A DNA stretch of 64,000 nt from Heterodontus francisci (lineage: Eukaryota): contig NC_090372.1 of NCBI RefSeq assembly GCF_036365525.1, positions 41,044,246-41,108,245 of the forward strand, in the 5' to 3' direction. This document shows, piece after piece, positions 50,800-62,049 of the stretch. Numbering within the stretch: the first letter of the stretch is position 1; each line of letters starts with the position of its first letter. The notes below the pieces were generated by a model. It was not told where the DNA came from. It worked only from the letters and a program-made list of their open reading frames with translations, and did no database searches. Made by a program: the position numbers and the translations under genes.

Positions 50800-51229
50800 A
50801 AGATCAAAAGATTACAAGATAGAGACAGATAAGGAAGGTCATTCAGCCCATCTGTCCTTACATTCCTTTCTCTTCCCCATCACAGCATTGAACAAGTCCT
50901 TATATCATTATCCTTCCACTGCCATTTGTCCATTTCATGTGCTGGTCACACTTTGTGTGAAGTACTTCCTGAAACGAGCCCAAAATGTGTCTTATCCCAC
51001 TGTGCTCCCTATTGGACTGTGATGGTTTAGTTTGCAGTAATGCTTCGGATTTATCTTTTCTACACCATATACTAAATTATGTAGTTCCATGAGGGTCCCT
51101 TTCAATTACTTAATTTCCTGACTGCATAATCTGAGTTTCTGCAGTCTTTCCTCATAGCTTATTCTCAGACACTGGAGATCAATCTTTTGGCTCTTCAATG
51201 ATTTGTCTCCAGGGCATAGTGTGTCAATA
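50800..51229 (-). mobile_element. Old CR1 3' fragment
   Basis: Degenerate ggtcattcagccca and ctttgtgtgaag motifs; appears to continue after the RTE. Confidence 0.55.
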
Positions 51230-51242
51230 ATCAGAGCTGAAC

Positions 51243-51744
51243 CTCGAGGCGGCCAACATCCCCAGGCTTGTACACACTACTGAGTCAGCGGCGCTTGAGA
51301 TGGCTTGGCCATGTGAGCCGTATGGAAGATGGCAGGATCCCCAAAGGCACATTGTACAGCGAGCTCGCCACTGGTATCAGACCCACCGGCCTCCATGTCT
51401 CCGCTTTAAAGACGTCTGCAAACGCGACATGAAATCCTGTGAAATTGATCACAAGTCGTGGGAGTCAGTTGCCAGCGTTCGCCAGAGCTGGCGGGCAGCC
51501 ATAAGGACAGGGCTAAAATGTGGCGAGTCGAAGAGACTTAGTAGTTGGCAGAAAAAAACAGAGGTGCAAGGGGAGAGCCAACTGTGCAACAGCCCCGACA
51601 AACAAATTTCTCTGCAGCACCTGTGGAAGAGCCTGTCGCTCTAGAATTGGCCTTTATAGCCACTCCAGGCGCTGCTTCACAAACCACTGACCACCTCCAG
51701 GCACGTATCCATTGTCTCTCGAGATAAGGAGGCCCAAAAGAAAG
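51243..51744 (+). mobile_element. RTE-clade LINE, 5'-truncated, 13-bp TSD
   Basis: LSQRRLRWLGHVSRMEDGRIPK..YSELATG..FKDVCKRDMK..CSTCGRACRSRIGLYSH; TSD atcagagctgaac at 51230 and 51745. Confidence 0.92.
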
Positions 51745-51884
51745 ATCAGAGCTGAACATAATACCCAATGGCATTGTCTGACCAAATCGTAAACAGTTCA
51801 TGTGATGGACGTAGAGTCCCATCATACCTCAAATCAGAAGTTCTTTTTTACTTGATCAGTTTTTAAACATTGGCACCAGGCAGC

Positions 51885-52190
51885 TATATCTAACATTCCA
51901 CTCTCTCCACCATCAGCGAACCATGGTTGTAATGAGTACTATCTACAGAATGTACTGCAGCAACTCGCCAAAGCTCCTTCAGCAGTACCTCTCAAACCTG
52001 CAACCTCCACCAACTAGAAGGACAAAGGCACCAGGTGCATGGAAACCCCATCACCTCCAAATCACACATCATCCTAACTTGGAAATATATCACTGTTTCT
52101 TCATCATTGTTGGTCAACATCCTGGAACTCCCTACCTAACCTACCCACGTGCAGCTGTTCAAGAAGGGCGCTCACCACCAACTTCTCAAT
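51885..52190 (+). mobile_element. Family-B LINE 3' fragment
   Basis: IYRMYCSNSPKLLQQYL. Confidence 0.75.
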
Positions 52191-52297
52191 TATTTTTTTT
52201 AAAGGAGGAGTTCCTTTTTCGTGTTGTCAGGGGAGAGAAACAAACCACAAAGCCATCTAGAAATAAGCATTAGTTTCCTGGGAAGGCTGCCAACCTA

Positions 52298-52640
52298 GGG
52301 CGGCACAGTGGTTAGCACCGCAGCCTCACAGCTCCAGCGGCCCAGGTTCGGTTCTGGGTACTACCTGTGCGAAGTTTGCAAGTTCTCCCTGTGACTGCGT
52401 GGATTTCCTCCGGGTGCTCCGGTTTCCTCCCACATACCAAAGACTTGCGGGTTGATAGGTAAATTGGCCATTGTAAAAATTGCCCCTAGTGTAGGTAGGA
52501 GAATTGAGGGAAGGTGGGGATGCGAGAGGGAAAATGGGATTAATGTAGGATTAGTATAAAAAATGGGAAGGTCGATGGTTGGGGCGGACTTGGTGGGCCG
52601 AAGGGCCTGTTTTGGTGTTGTATTTCTCTCTATGACTCTA
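52298..52640 (+). mobile_element. HE1-type V-SINE
   Basis: Head, V-core and ctatgactcta tail. Confidence 0.9.
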
Positions 52641-53399
52641 TGTTGGTGTGGACTCATGTTACTGTTGCATCTGATCAAAAATTGATCAGGCAAAGTCATT
52701 TTGGCTAGCCTATTATGCTTTTAAAATTTTGCAGGAGGAAATAAAACTGATTAGGATAGCTTTTCCAATATGGCTGCAGTTTAAACCTGAAAGATTAGAA
52801 ACAAGTTCAAAGCATATACAAAGTTAAGTGTGCTGTTCACGTGCAATTTTTCATGCTCCGATCATCATTATGATTATGTATAGCTCTGGGCATATGGAGA
52901 GAGCACATTCATGGTGACAGCAGTAATTCCATTTATGTAAAATTTAAAGGGATGTGTCAGAATAAGGGAGAAAATTCCTGACAACCTTAAGAAAGATTCA
53001 AAGGCATTTGAACCCAAAGGCAGCCTTCAGCAAGGTTGAAGGGGGAGAGGGTTCAGAACTGACATGCAAGATGAAACTCAATGCGGAGGCATGAATCAAC
53101 AGGAAAGTAAGAAGGCAGCCCAGCACCCAATTTCCTGTTTGGTATAGAGATGGTGCTGCATTGGATGGTTGTGAGTAAGTTGACCCTGTTTGTCAATCTC
53201 CACCACCATCCCCATTTTCCTTACTTTTGTCACCTCTAGACACAATTTCTCCATTGCCCACCTTGCTATCCACTCATCGTCCACCCTCCATAAAGTCCTC
53301 GTCCAGAATACAACTGGCCACATCCTGACTCACACAAAGCAGCACCCATACTAGCTGACCTTCATTGGATCCTTACGCACCAACATTATCAGCTGATCT

Positions 53400-53915
53400 T
53401 TCCTGGCCCATTGGGGTCAGGCTGGGAGACAGGAGGGCTGGAAATATGGTAGGGCGGGGTGGGGGGGGACACCTGCCAGGTGACCAATTAGCAGCCACTT
53501 CCCGACCCATGGACATTTTGTCTGCGTCAGAGTGCCCGCCATTGCATGGGGAGACAGCCAGGTAAACCCTGGTGGACTCCCAGTGGGTTCCCGGTGGGGG
53601 GCCAGGCCTCCTTTATGAGCACTCCATGGCCCATGGAGGGGACTCTAGCGGCAATGGCCGCTGGTGCACCATGACCCCACCTGCCCCCCCACCTCGCATC
53701 CCCGGTGCCTGCCTGTCCCCAGCTTCCCCCAAAAAATCTCACCTTCTCTTCAATTGCTCCTCACCAGTGGGGTGCCCTCATCCTGGAACTGCAGTCTCAG
53801 CACTGGGCACTCTTAGTGGTAGCGCTGCTGAGCTAATCACCCTCTGATTGGGCTGGCAGTTTTTGGGGGCGGGCCATCATCGGGCAAAATGCCGCCCAGG
53901 GACCTGCCGCATGCT
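53400..53915. mobile_element. GC-rich MITE fragment
   Basis: Shares motifs with 29970-30673 (ccatggaggg, cctctgattgggctggcag). Confidence 0.55.
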
Positions 53916-53919
53916 GAAG

Positions 53920-54825
53920 TTTAATGGTTTCCTGCATTTGTCACATTCTTCCTTTGTATACCTCCCAATTTGGTGCTCTCTGTAAATTTTGAAATTGTGC
54001 TTCCCATTCCTGAGCTCAAATCGTTAAATGGAAATTGTGAATATCAGTGGTCCCAGCACCGAACTCTGTTAAACGCCACTTCACACTTTTGCCAATCTGA
54101 TAACTACCCTCAATCCCTACTCCCTGTTTTCTGTTTTGTAGCCAAGTTGCCATCCATTCTGCTTTTTGTCCTGACTTCCACATGCTCTGACCTTAGTCAT
54201 AAGTCTTTTATGTGGTACCTTACCAAAGGCCTTTCAAAAATCTAAATATATTACATCGATTGCATCACCCTTGTGTACCCTATTACTACTTCAACGTGAC
54301 CTGCCCTTTTGAAATCTATGCTATTATATCTTTGATTTCTTGATGTTTTTCTATTACATCTCTGAGTAAAGATTCCATCATCTTTTCTCCCATTAAGCTA
54401 ATTCCCTGGACTTGTTCTAACTCAATTTTTCAATATAGATTTAACATTAGCTGACTGCCAGTTGTCTGGCATTATTCACTTTTCTAATGAATTTTTATAT
54501 ATGTAATAGTTTTTCCTCCCTTAAATTCTGTGCACGGAAGCAATCTATCCAGACCACAGGTATTATCCTCTTCAAGTCTGATTAGTTTATCAATTATCTC
54601 TCCCCATTCTATCTGAAATATCTTCATATCTTTAAGATGATCTTGTCTTCTAATCCCATGTCCACCTTGTTAGTTTCCCTGGTAAATACTGAAGCAAAGT
54701 AACTTCAATATTTCTGCCATTTTGCTATTACCTGAGAGTTTATCTTGTCCATTCTTTAAAGTGGCCCTTTTCCTGTCCTGACTTTTCTTTCGTTATTGAT
54801 GTGGCTGTAGAATACTTTGCTATTG
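53920..54825 (-). mobile_element. Old CR1 ORF2 fragment
   Basis: Reverse complement of IYLDF-KAFGKVPH at ~54200-54255. Confidence 0.7.
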
Positions 54826-54829
54826 CAAG

Positions 54830-55210
54830 TATGGTAGCATAGCGGTTATGTTATTGGACTAGTAATCCAGAGAAGATGCGAGTTCATACACAGTCAATTT
54901 AATTAAATAAATCTGAAATTAAAAAGTAATGATGACCATGAAACTACTAGATTGTCAAAACACACAACTGGTTCACCAATGGCCTTTATGGAAAGAAATC
55001 TGCTATCCTTGCCCAGCCTGAACCAGACGCACAGCAGCATGGGTGACTCTTAACTGATCTCTGAAGTGGCTTAGCAAGCCAGCCAGTCATATCAAAAAAC
55101 AATGACAAAAACTATAATCTACACAGACTGCAACACTTCAAGGGAAAGTAGGAATTGGATAATACATGACGACTTTGCCAGCAATGCCCACATCCTGTGA
55201 ATGAATAAAA
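54830..55210 (+). mobile_element. tRNA-derived SINE with a family-B LINE tail
   Basis: Head gcatagcggttatgttattggactagtaatccagag; 3' end ttgccagcaatgcccacatcctgtgaatgaataaaa. Confidence 0.65.
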
Positions 55211-55219
55211 AGACATCTT

Positions 55220-55934
55220 GGCTGGAATTTTACCTTGTGGTGGAGGCCCCACCCATCAGCAAAAAAGTCAGGGGCAAGCCTGCCGCCACCGGGCCGAGAA
55301 ATGATGTAGCGATTTTGCATGACCCAGGCCCTTAATTGGAAGAGGTAGGGCTTCTGCCCCTGTGAGGCAGGAAGTCCCGCCTCCAAGAGCTGCCAGCCAA
55401 TCAGCGGGCCGGCAGCTCCTCTGTCCCAGCAGACCACCAGGAGCGGTGGCCATTGCTGGGACTGCACCCAGCCAGGACCAAAAGATTGAAGAGGCCCCAA
55501 AATAGAGGCAAGTGTGTGAGGCCTCACTGGGGACAATCAGCTGTGCCCTGGCAAGGGGAATGGGGATATCTCAAGGGGGTGGAGGGAGGTGGTCCAGTGG
55601 GAGCAGCTTGTGACGCAGCGGGGGGGGGGGGCTCTGTGGGGCAAGGAGGCCACCCGTTAGCTTAAACTAGGCGTCCTCCCCACGTGGTGAGGTGCCCGGC
55701 TGCCACTGGTAATATAACAGCGGCAGCGGGAGGAGGCCCTTAATTGACAATTAATTGGCCACATAAGGGCCTTAATTGGCCTGGGAGGGACAGGCCATTT
55801 GCCACCTGCCCCACCACTGGTAAAACTGAAGTAGGGGGGTGTAGGCAATGGGAATGGCACCCACCGCCTTCCACTCAATTTTACACCCCTCCCACCTCCA
55901 GCCCACTCCCAGAGGGGGCATAAAATTCTGGCCC
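55220..55934. mobile_element. Harbinger-type MITE
   Basis: GGCTGGAATTTTA ... TAAAATTCTGGCCC termini. Confidence 0.7.
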
Positions 55935-56779
55935 TTATTTTTATATTCCTTTATAATTCAATTTCATAGCTCTTTTTGTCTTCCTAATTTTTTGACTTCT
56001 TTCCTAACCTCTTCATATTCTCTTTCTTCACCTCTTCTTTATTGTCTATGTACTTAGTGTCTGTCTTTTTTTCAGTTTCAATGTTGCCCTACGAGTTGAT
56101 ACAGCTAAACCCAGCACCCTGATCCTGTTGGCACGCTCTTCAACCAGATATTTATGTGAAGGTAGAAGGGTGGCATTTTGAGAGTGAAACCCAGAAGTCA
56201 AGTCAGCAGGTCAGAATCTGCAATCACAACTGAACAGAAGCAATAAATTTTGGCTTCCCCATTTAGCATCTCCAAGCTAGGCAGCAGGCACCTGTATGAC
56301 ACACCTCAACTCCGTGTAAAGGGACAATGTACAAATGAAAACTGGAGGAGCCAGGTGTTTTAGCTGGATGGACATGGAGCAACGGTAACATCCAGACTGA
56401 ATGATGCCTTCCTGGAATTACTGCCAGGTTCAGTCAGGAGCAGGAAAGACATACTTTTCCCCAGAAATAGGAACTAACCTTGTAGAAGGGAATCAAAACA
56501 CAAGGAAGAGAGGCAGAACTGGAGGCGGGCCACCACAAATCATCTAGCTTACTAATGCAGAGGAGGATGGCCTAGAGATAAGTTTCAAATTTGCGTCTTT
56601 ATCAGAGGTGGAGGGACAGGGAGCTTGCAGGCAGCTGGTGACAGAACTACAAATATCTGACACACACATGCTGATTTTATTTCATGAACGACTGAACTAT
56701 AAGAAAATGGAGTATGATTGCCAAGATTGTGACTTGCCATGGCTAAAGCACACCCCTTCCTTTTGTCTTCCAGGGCCTT

Positions 56780-57055
56780 CATGCGTGTTCACTGATGATT
56801 GCACAATATTCAGTTCCATTCGTAACTCCTCAGATAATGAAGCAGTCCATGCCCACATGCAGTAACACACAGATTTGGGCTGATGGGTGCAAGTAACATT
56901 CATGCCATGCAAATGCCAGGCAACAACCATCTCCAACAAGAGAGGGAGTCTAGCCATCTCTCCTTGACATTGAATAGTTAAATCCCCCACCAACAACTTC
57001 TCAAGGGCAATTAGTGATGGCATTAAACACCCACATCCTGCGAATGAGTAACAAA
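56780..57055 (+). mobile_element. Family-B LINE fragment, internally deleted
   Basis: FTDDCTIFSSIRNSSDNEAVHAHMQ joined to the family tail. Confidence 0.75.
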
Positions 57056-57744
57056 AAAATGCAGCAATTGTCACTAAACATGCATGAGGATGATTCCACA
57101 GAGAAGCTCATTCTTTCTGAGGGAGCACCATCACAAGACATACAGCCAAACACCAGCACTGGTACTTAGTGGACCCATTTGGAGAGTTGGTTGGGTTTAA
57201 TGAAGCAAGTAATTGCAAGAATGTCTGGCATGGAGAGTGGCCACCTACATAAAGCTACAAGAAAGGCTCTTAAATGATTCCATGCAGGCCATTGTAGGAT
57301 ACAGGATTGTTTTAGATCATTTAAATGCCACGAACTTTTGACCCTTCAGCTAATGGAAAATCCAGTTTGCAAGTTAACCACAAACAACAGATTTTTGTCT
57401 ACAGCTAAGGCAGAAACAGAAAAAAAAGGTACAGCAATAAATAAGACTTCTGTCTGCTCCAAAAGAGAACAGACACAGAACAAGAAAGGTGGCATATTTG
57501 GGTAATGCAACAAAAAGTAACGATGCTAGAGAGGCCTCTTTTATAGGAGTTGAAAATTAGATTAAAAACTCAAAACTACATTTTTAAAAAAAAAAAGAGA
57601 ATGAACTGTGCTATTGGTAGGATAGGCACCATGAAGAAAATAAGGATGGATCACTTCGGTAGACACTCCTGGCCCTCACCAGAACAATGTGTGTCCTGAA
57701 TCCTGTCCCCTGTTGTATTACTTCGGTCTGTTGCTTAATGTTGC

Positions 57745-58513
57745 CCGAATCACATGATAGTGGGTTCAAGTTCCACTCCAGGTCTTGAACACACAAAACT
57801 AGGCTGAGACACCAGTACAGTTCTGAGGGAGTGCTGCACTCTTAGGTGCCATCTTTTGGATGAGAGGTTAAACCCAGGTGCCCCTCAGGTGGATGTAAAA
57901 GGCCCTTGGCAATATTTCAAAAAAAGAGCAGGGGAGTTGTACCTGGTGTCCTGGCCAATATTTATCCCTTAACCAACAACACTAAAACAGATTACCTGGT
58001 CATTATTACATGAGGGACTTTGCTGTGTGCAAATTGGCTGCCACATTTCCTATTTTACAACAGCAGCACTTCAAAAGTACTTAGATTAGATTTTTAGTTT
58101 TAGAGATACAGCACTGAAACAGGCCCTTCGGTCTGTGCCGACCATTAACCACCCATTTATACTAATCCTACACTAATCCCATATTCCTACCACATCCTCA
58201 CCTGTCCCTATATTCCCCTACCACCTACCTATACTAAGAGCAATTTATAATGGGCAATTTACTTATCAACCTGCAAGTCTTTTGGCTGTGGGAGGAAACC
58301 GGAGCACCCGGAGGAAACCCACGCAGACACAGGGAGAACTTGCAAACTCCACACAGGCAGTACCCAGAATTGAACCCGGGTCGCTGGAGCTGTGAGGCTG
58401 CGGTGCTAACCACTGCGCCACCTTCATTGGTTTAATTGACTTCATATGTTTTAAAATGATTTGGAATGTCTTGTGGTTGTGAAAGGCACTATATAAATGC
58501 AAGTCTTTCTTTC
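57745..58513 (+). mobile_element. SacSINE1-type SINE interrupted by a V-SINE
   Basis: Core to 58082; resumes cttcattgg at 58422 and ends gcactatataaatgcaagtctttc. Confidence 0.8.
58083..58421 (-). mobile_element. HE1-type V-SINE
   Basis: Full SINE in reverse orientation. Confidence 0.9.
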
Positions 58514-59775
58514 TACTAACAGGGTCATCTCCCTAAACATGGGGAAAACTTTGTGATAATACTACACTATTTGCATGGCGGTGCAAACTTTGGATGCCAA
58601 GCTGACTGCTGCCTTAAACAGGATGACAGATATCTTTTCTGTGGCCTTAATGTTTCACCGATCACCAGTCTGGTCTGTAGCAGAGTGGTAGGAGTGATGT
58701 GGCACTGACCCAGGATAGGGATGATGGCAAAAAGGGACAAGGAAGTGGAATCAGCACTCAAAGCGCTCTCATTTCTCACCATTGCATCCCCCTCCATATT
58801 CTGTACCCAACATGCTCCCTTGTTTCCCAATAGCCAAAGCTGCCGCTGCACAGGTGGAGCTAAAGCAGTCTTTGATGGGGCCACCAGAGGCTCAGAAACC
58901 AAAAGGGGCAAGCCGAAAGCATCTTAATAGTCAGGACAGGGATCTGAGTGGCATGCCTCTATCTCTGCTCAAGGCACAGGCGCTGCACCACATAGAAGCA
59001 CAAAATAAAGCTAACATAATTCACCAAGAGTATACACATGGTTATTAGATAAAATGTTATGCTGTTAAGTTTCCTTTTCTTATAAGGACAGATCGTATTG
59101 CCTATTATTGTATACCAAGTGCCAACTTGCCCCGTCACTTATTTCATGATACGTGTCATTATACGACAGGACTCAGTAGGCTGATGTGCAATGCATGGAC
59201 ACGTTTGTTTGAAGAACTGTTTAGTAGAAGGTTTGGGGTGGGGGGGGGGAAAGAGGCGGGGGTTGGGTGGGAGAGGGCCACAGGATTTCATTGGTTATGT
59301 TTTCCTGTGTTACCACCCGCTGAATCTTCACAATTTTAGGGTATCGCTGGCAGCAATGTACACAGCTGGTCTGATGATGGGTGCCCAATTTTCATATTCA
59401 CCCTCCTCTTCAATGTTTTCCTCATCCAAAGAGAAGTGATGAGTGCTTTTGTCTTCCTCTGCCTGTAATCCTCTCTGCTGCACATCACTATTATTCTCGA
59501 CACCCTGACTGACAATTACTGAAGAGTGCCTCCAAAACCCAAGTGCCTAAACTGCATCATCTACATTCCAATGGCCTGTTCTATGACACACCCGATGGTC
59601 ATGTGGCTCTCGTTGTAGCACTCCTGCTACAATGATATTGGTGGGGTTTTGCACAGAGATCGTGAACCAAGTGTGAAGGAGGTATCTCTTGTTTCCCAAG
59701 AGCCAGACCTTAACTCGGTTTTCTGTAATGGATACGTCTTGAATGTTGGACTGCCTCAGTATGAAACATCAGGAC

Positions 59776-60328
59776 AGCTAGAGTACTGTGTACAGTTCTG
59801 GTCACCATTCTATAGGATGTGATTACACCGGAGAGGGTGAAGAGGTGATTCACCAGGATGTTGTGTGGGCTGGAGCAATTCAGCTATGAAGAGAGACTGG
59901 ACAGGCTAGGGTTGTTTTCCTTAGAGCTGAGAAGACCGAGGGGGGACCTAATTGAGGTATACAAAATTAGGAGAGGCATTGATAAGATAGATAGGAAGAA
60001 ACTTTTTCCCTTACTGGAGGGGGTCAATAACCAGGGGGCACAGATTTAAGGTAAGGGGCAGGAAGTTTAGAGAGGATTTGAGGAAAACTTTTTTTCCCCC
60101 CCAGAGGCTGGTTGGAATCTGGAACACACTACCTGAAAGGGTGGCAGAAGCAGGAACCCTGACAACCTTTAAGTAGTATTTCGATGTGCACTTAAAACGC
60201 CATAGCTTACAAGGCTACAGGCAAAGTGCTGGAAAATGGGATTAGAATAGACAAGAGCTTGATGGCCGGCACAGGCACGATGGGCCGAAGGGCCTGTTTC
60301 TGTGCTGTCGAACACTATGACTCTATGA
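59776..60328 (+). mobile_element. CR1 3' fragment inside the Harbinger nuclease
   Basis: QLEYCVQFWSP..SYEERLDRLGLFSLE; ctatgactctatgact tail. Confidence 0.88.
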
Positions 60329-60411
60329 CTCCCAGAAAATCTGACGCATTCTTGCATGAATTTCTTGTGGATGCACACCAGGTGCACATTGATGGAATAT
60401 ACCTTGTGGTT

Positions 60412-60771
60412 TATAGATTAGATTAGATTAGAGATACAGCACTGAAACAGGCCCTTCGGCCCACCGAGTCTGTGCCGACCATCAACCACCCATTTATACT
60501 AATCCTACACTAATCCCATATTCCTACCAAACATCCCCACCTGCCCCTGTATTTCCCTACCACCTACCTATACTAGTGACAATTTATAATGGCCAATTTA
60601 CCTACCAACCTGCAAGTCTTTTGGCTTGTGGGAGGAAACCGGAGCACCCGGAGAAAACCCACGCAGACACAGGGAGAACTTGCAAACTCCACACAGGCAG
60701 TACCCAGAATCGAACCCGGGTCCCTGGAGCTGTGAGGCTGCGGTGCTAACCACTGCGCCACTGTGCCGCCC
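60412..60771 (-). mobile_element. HE1-type V-SINE inside the Harbinger nuclease
   Basis: Full SINE with (tagat)n tail. Confidence 0.92.
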
Positions 60772-61504
60772 TTGCTGTGGTGATGCTCACATTATGTGCC
60801 CGTTCAATCTATCTATCTATTGTCATCACAAGGGAAGATTATACAACAGCCCTGGCAAACAATCCATCCATCACTTGCCATAGGCATTTCTGTGCAGTGG
60901 ACTACAAGACCCTTGATATGTCTCCAGGAGCACCCAGGAAGGAACCAGAGGCTAAGATTTGAGGGTCGTGGTGACTTTGACAGTCACTGGCACGGTTTGT
61001 CTGCAAGGTCCAGCAAGTTATCAGGTTGCCTTCTAGGAGTCTGCAGATGTCTGACAACCTGACATGACCTGCAGACCCACTGTTCTTCCAAAAGGTCAAG
61101 GAAGCCGAGCCTCTGTCTGTGTTCCTAGTAACGTGTGTAGTACCTCCTGTGACTTCGACCATGTGCTGATCCCACCACAATATTGCCATGGTGAAGGTCT
61201 TGCTCTTCCATTGTACTGTCAAACATATCCACTGTGCCTCCCATCCTGATTGACAGTTTAAAAGGCTCCAAAGTTTTGAAAAAGATGCATACCCTGCCCC
61301 CAGCCATTCTTGGGAGTTAAAAGTCCCCCCCTTAACATCTCCAGCATGGGTTCCCAGGGGCTCAGGAAACTGACCAGTGAAACAGCTGACAAATAGCTGG
61401 CAGAGTGCGCTTGTATAGTTAGCATTTTTTAACCATGCAGGATTTCAAATTGTTCAGAATGGGAGGCATCCTGGATTCATTTGATAGCACTTCAGAAGAG
61501 GAAG

Positions 61505-61670
61505 ATCATCTCCATCCACGGTAAAATTAGACAGTTATATGAAAAGGAAGAATGTGCCGGGTTATGGGGAGAAGGCAGGGGAATGGAACTGAGGGAGTTG
61601 CTCTTTCAGAGAGCCGGTGCAGACACGATGAGCCAAATGGCCTCTTTCTGTGCTGTAACAATTCTGTGAT
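61505..61670 (+). mobile_element. Short CR1 3' end
   Basis: Matches the reverse complement of 27443-27570. Confidence 0.75.
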
Positions 61671-62049
61671 AGGTTGCTGTGGTGGGATCAGAACATGCAC
61701 AGGACAGGAGCCCACAGGTAGAATGTTTGCAAGTGGAGGAGGACAATGGGCCTCATCACTCATTTTTGGAGGAGCAGAAGGATGAAGACGGCAGCCATTG
61801 CTAGAGCAGCCGCTTATTCAGATGCCATGGATACCCGAACATCGCAAAGGTTTACCTCGTGTGAAACAAATGAAATCCTGAGGTCCGCACCCACCACCAG
61901 CACCCACACTCCACCGCCCACTTTGCACTCAGCAGTCCTTCAAACATCCATTGAACATCCGTAATGGGTCTAGTCAAGTATTAACATTCATCATGAATGA
62001 AGTGAAAGGACAAGTTGGCACTTGGAGTGCAATAATGGACAAGATATGA

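Larger units (their letters stand above)
56165..61430. mobile_element. Second degenerate Harbinger: Myb on +, nuclease on -, heavily nested
   Basis: Plus: LNDAFLELL..VRSRKDIL (~56400). Minus: IDRLNGHIM/AIDC-like region (~60800), VYSINVHLVC..VRFSG (60330-60410), WLLGNKRYLL..YNESH..IEQAIG (59560-59710). Confidence 0.7.
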
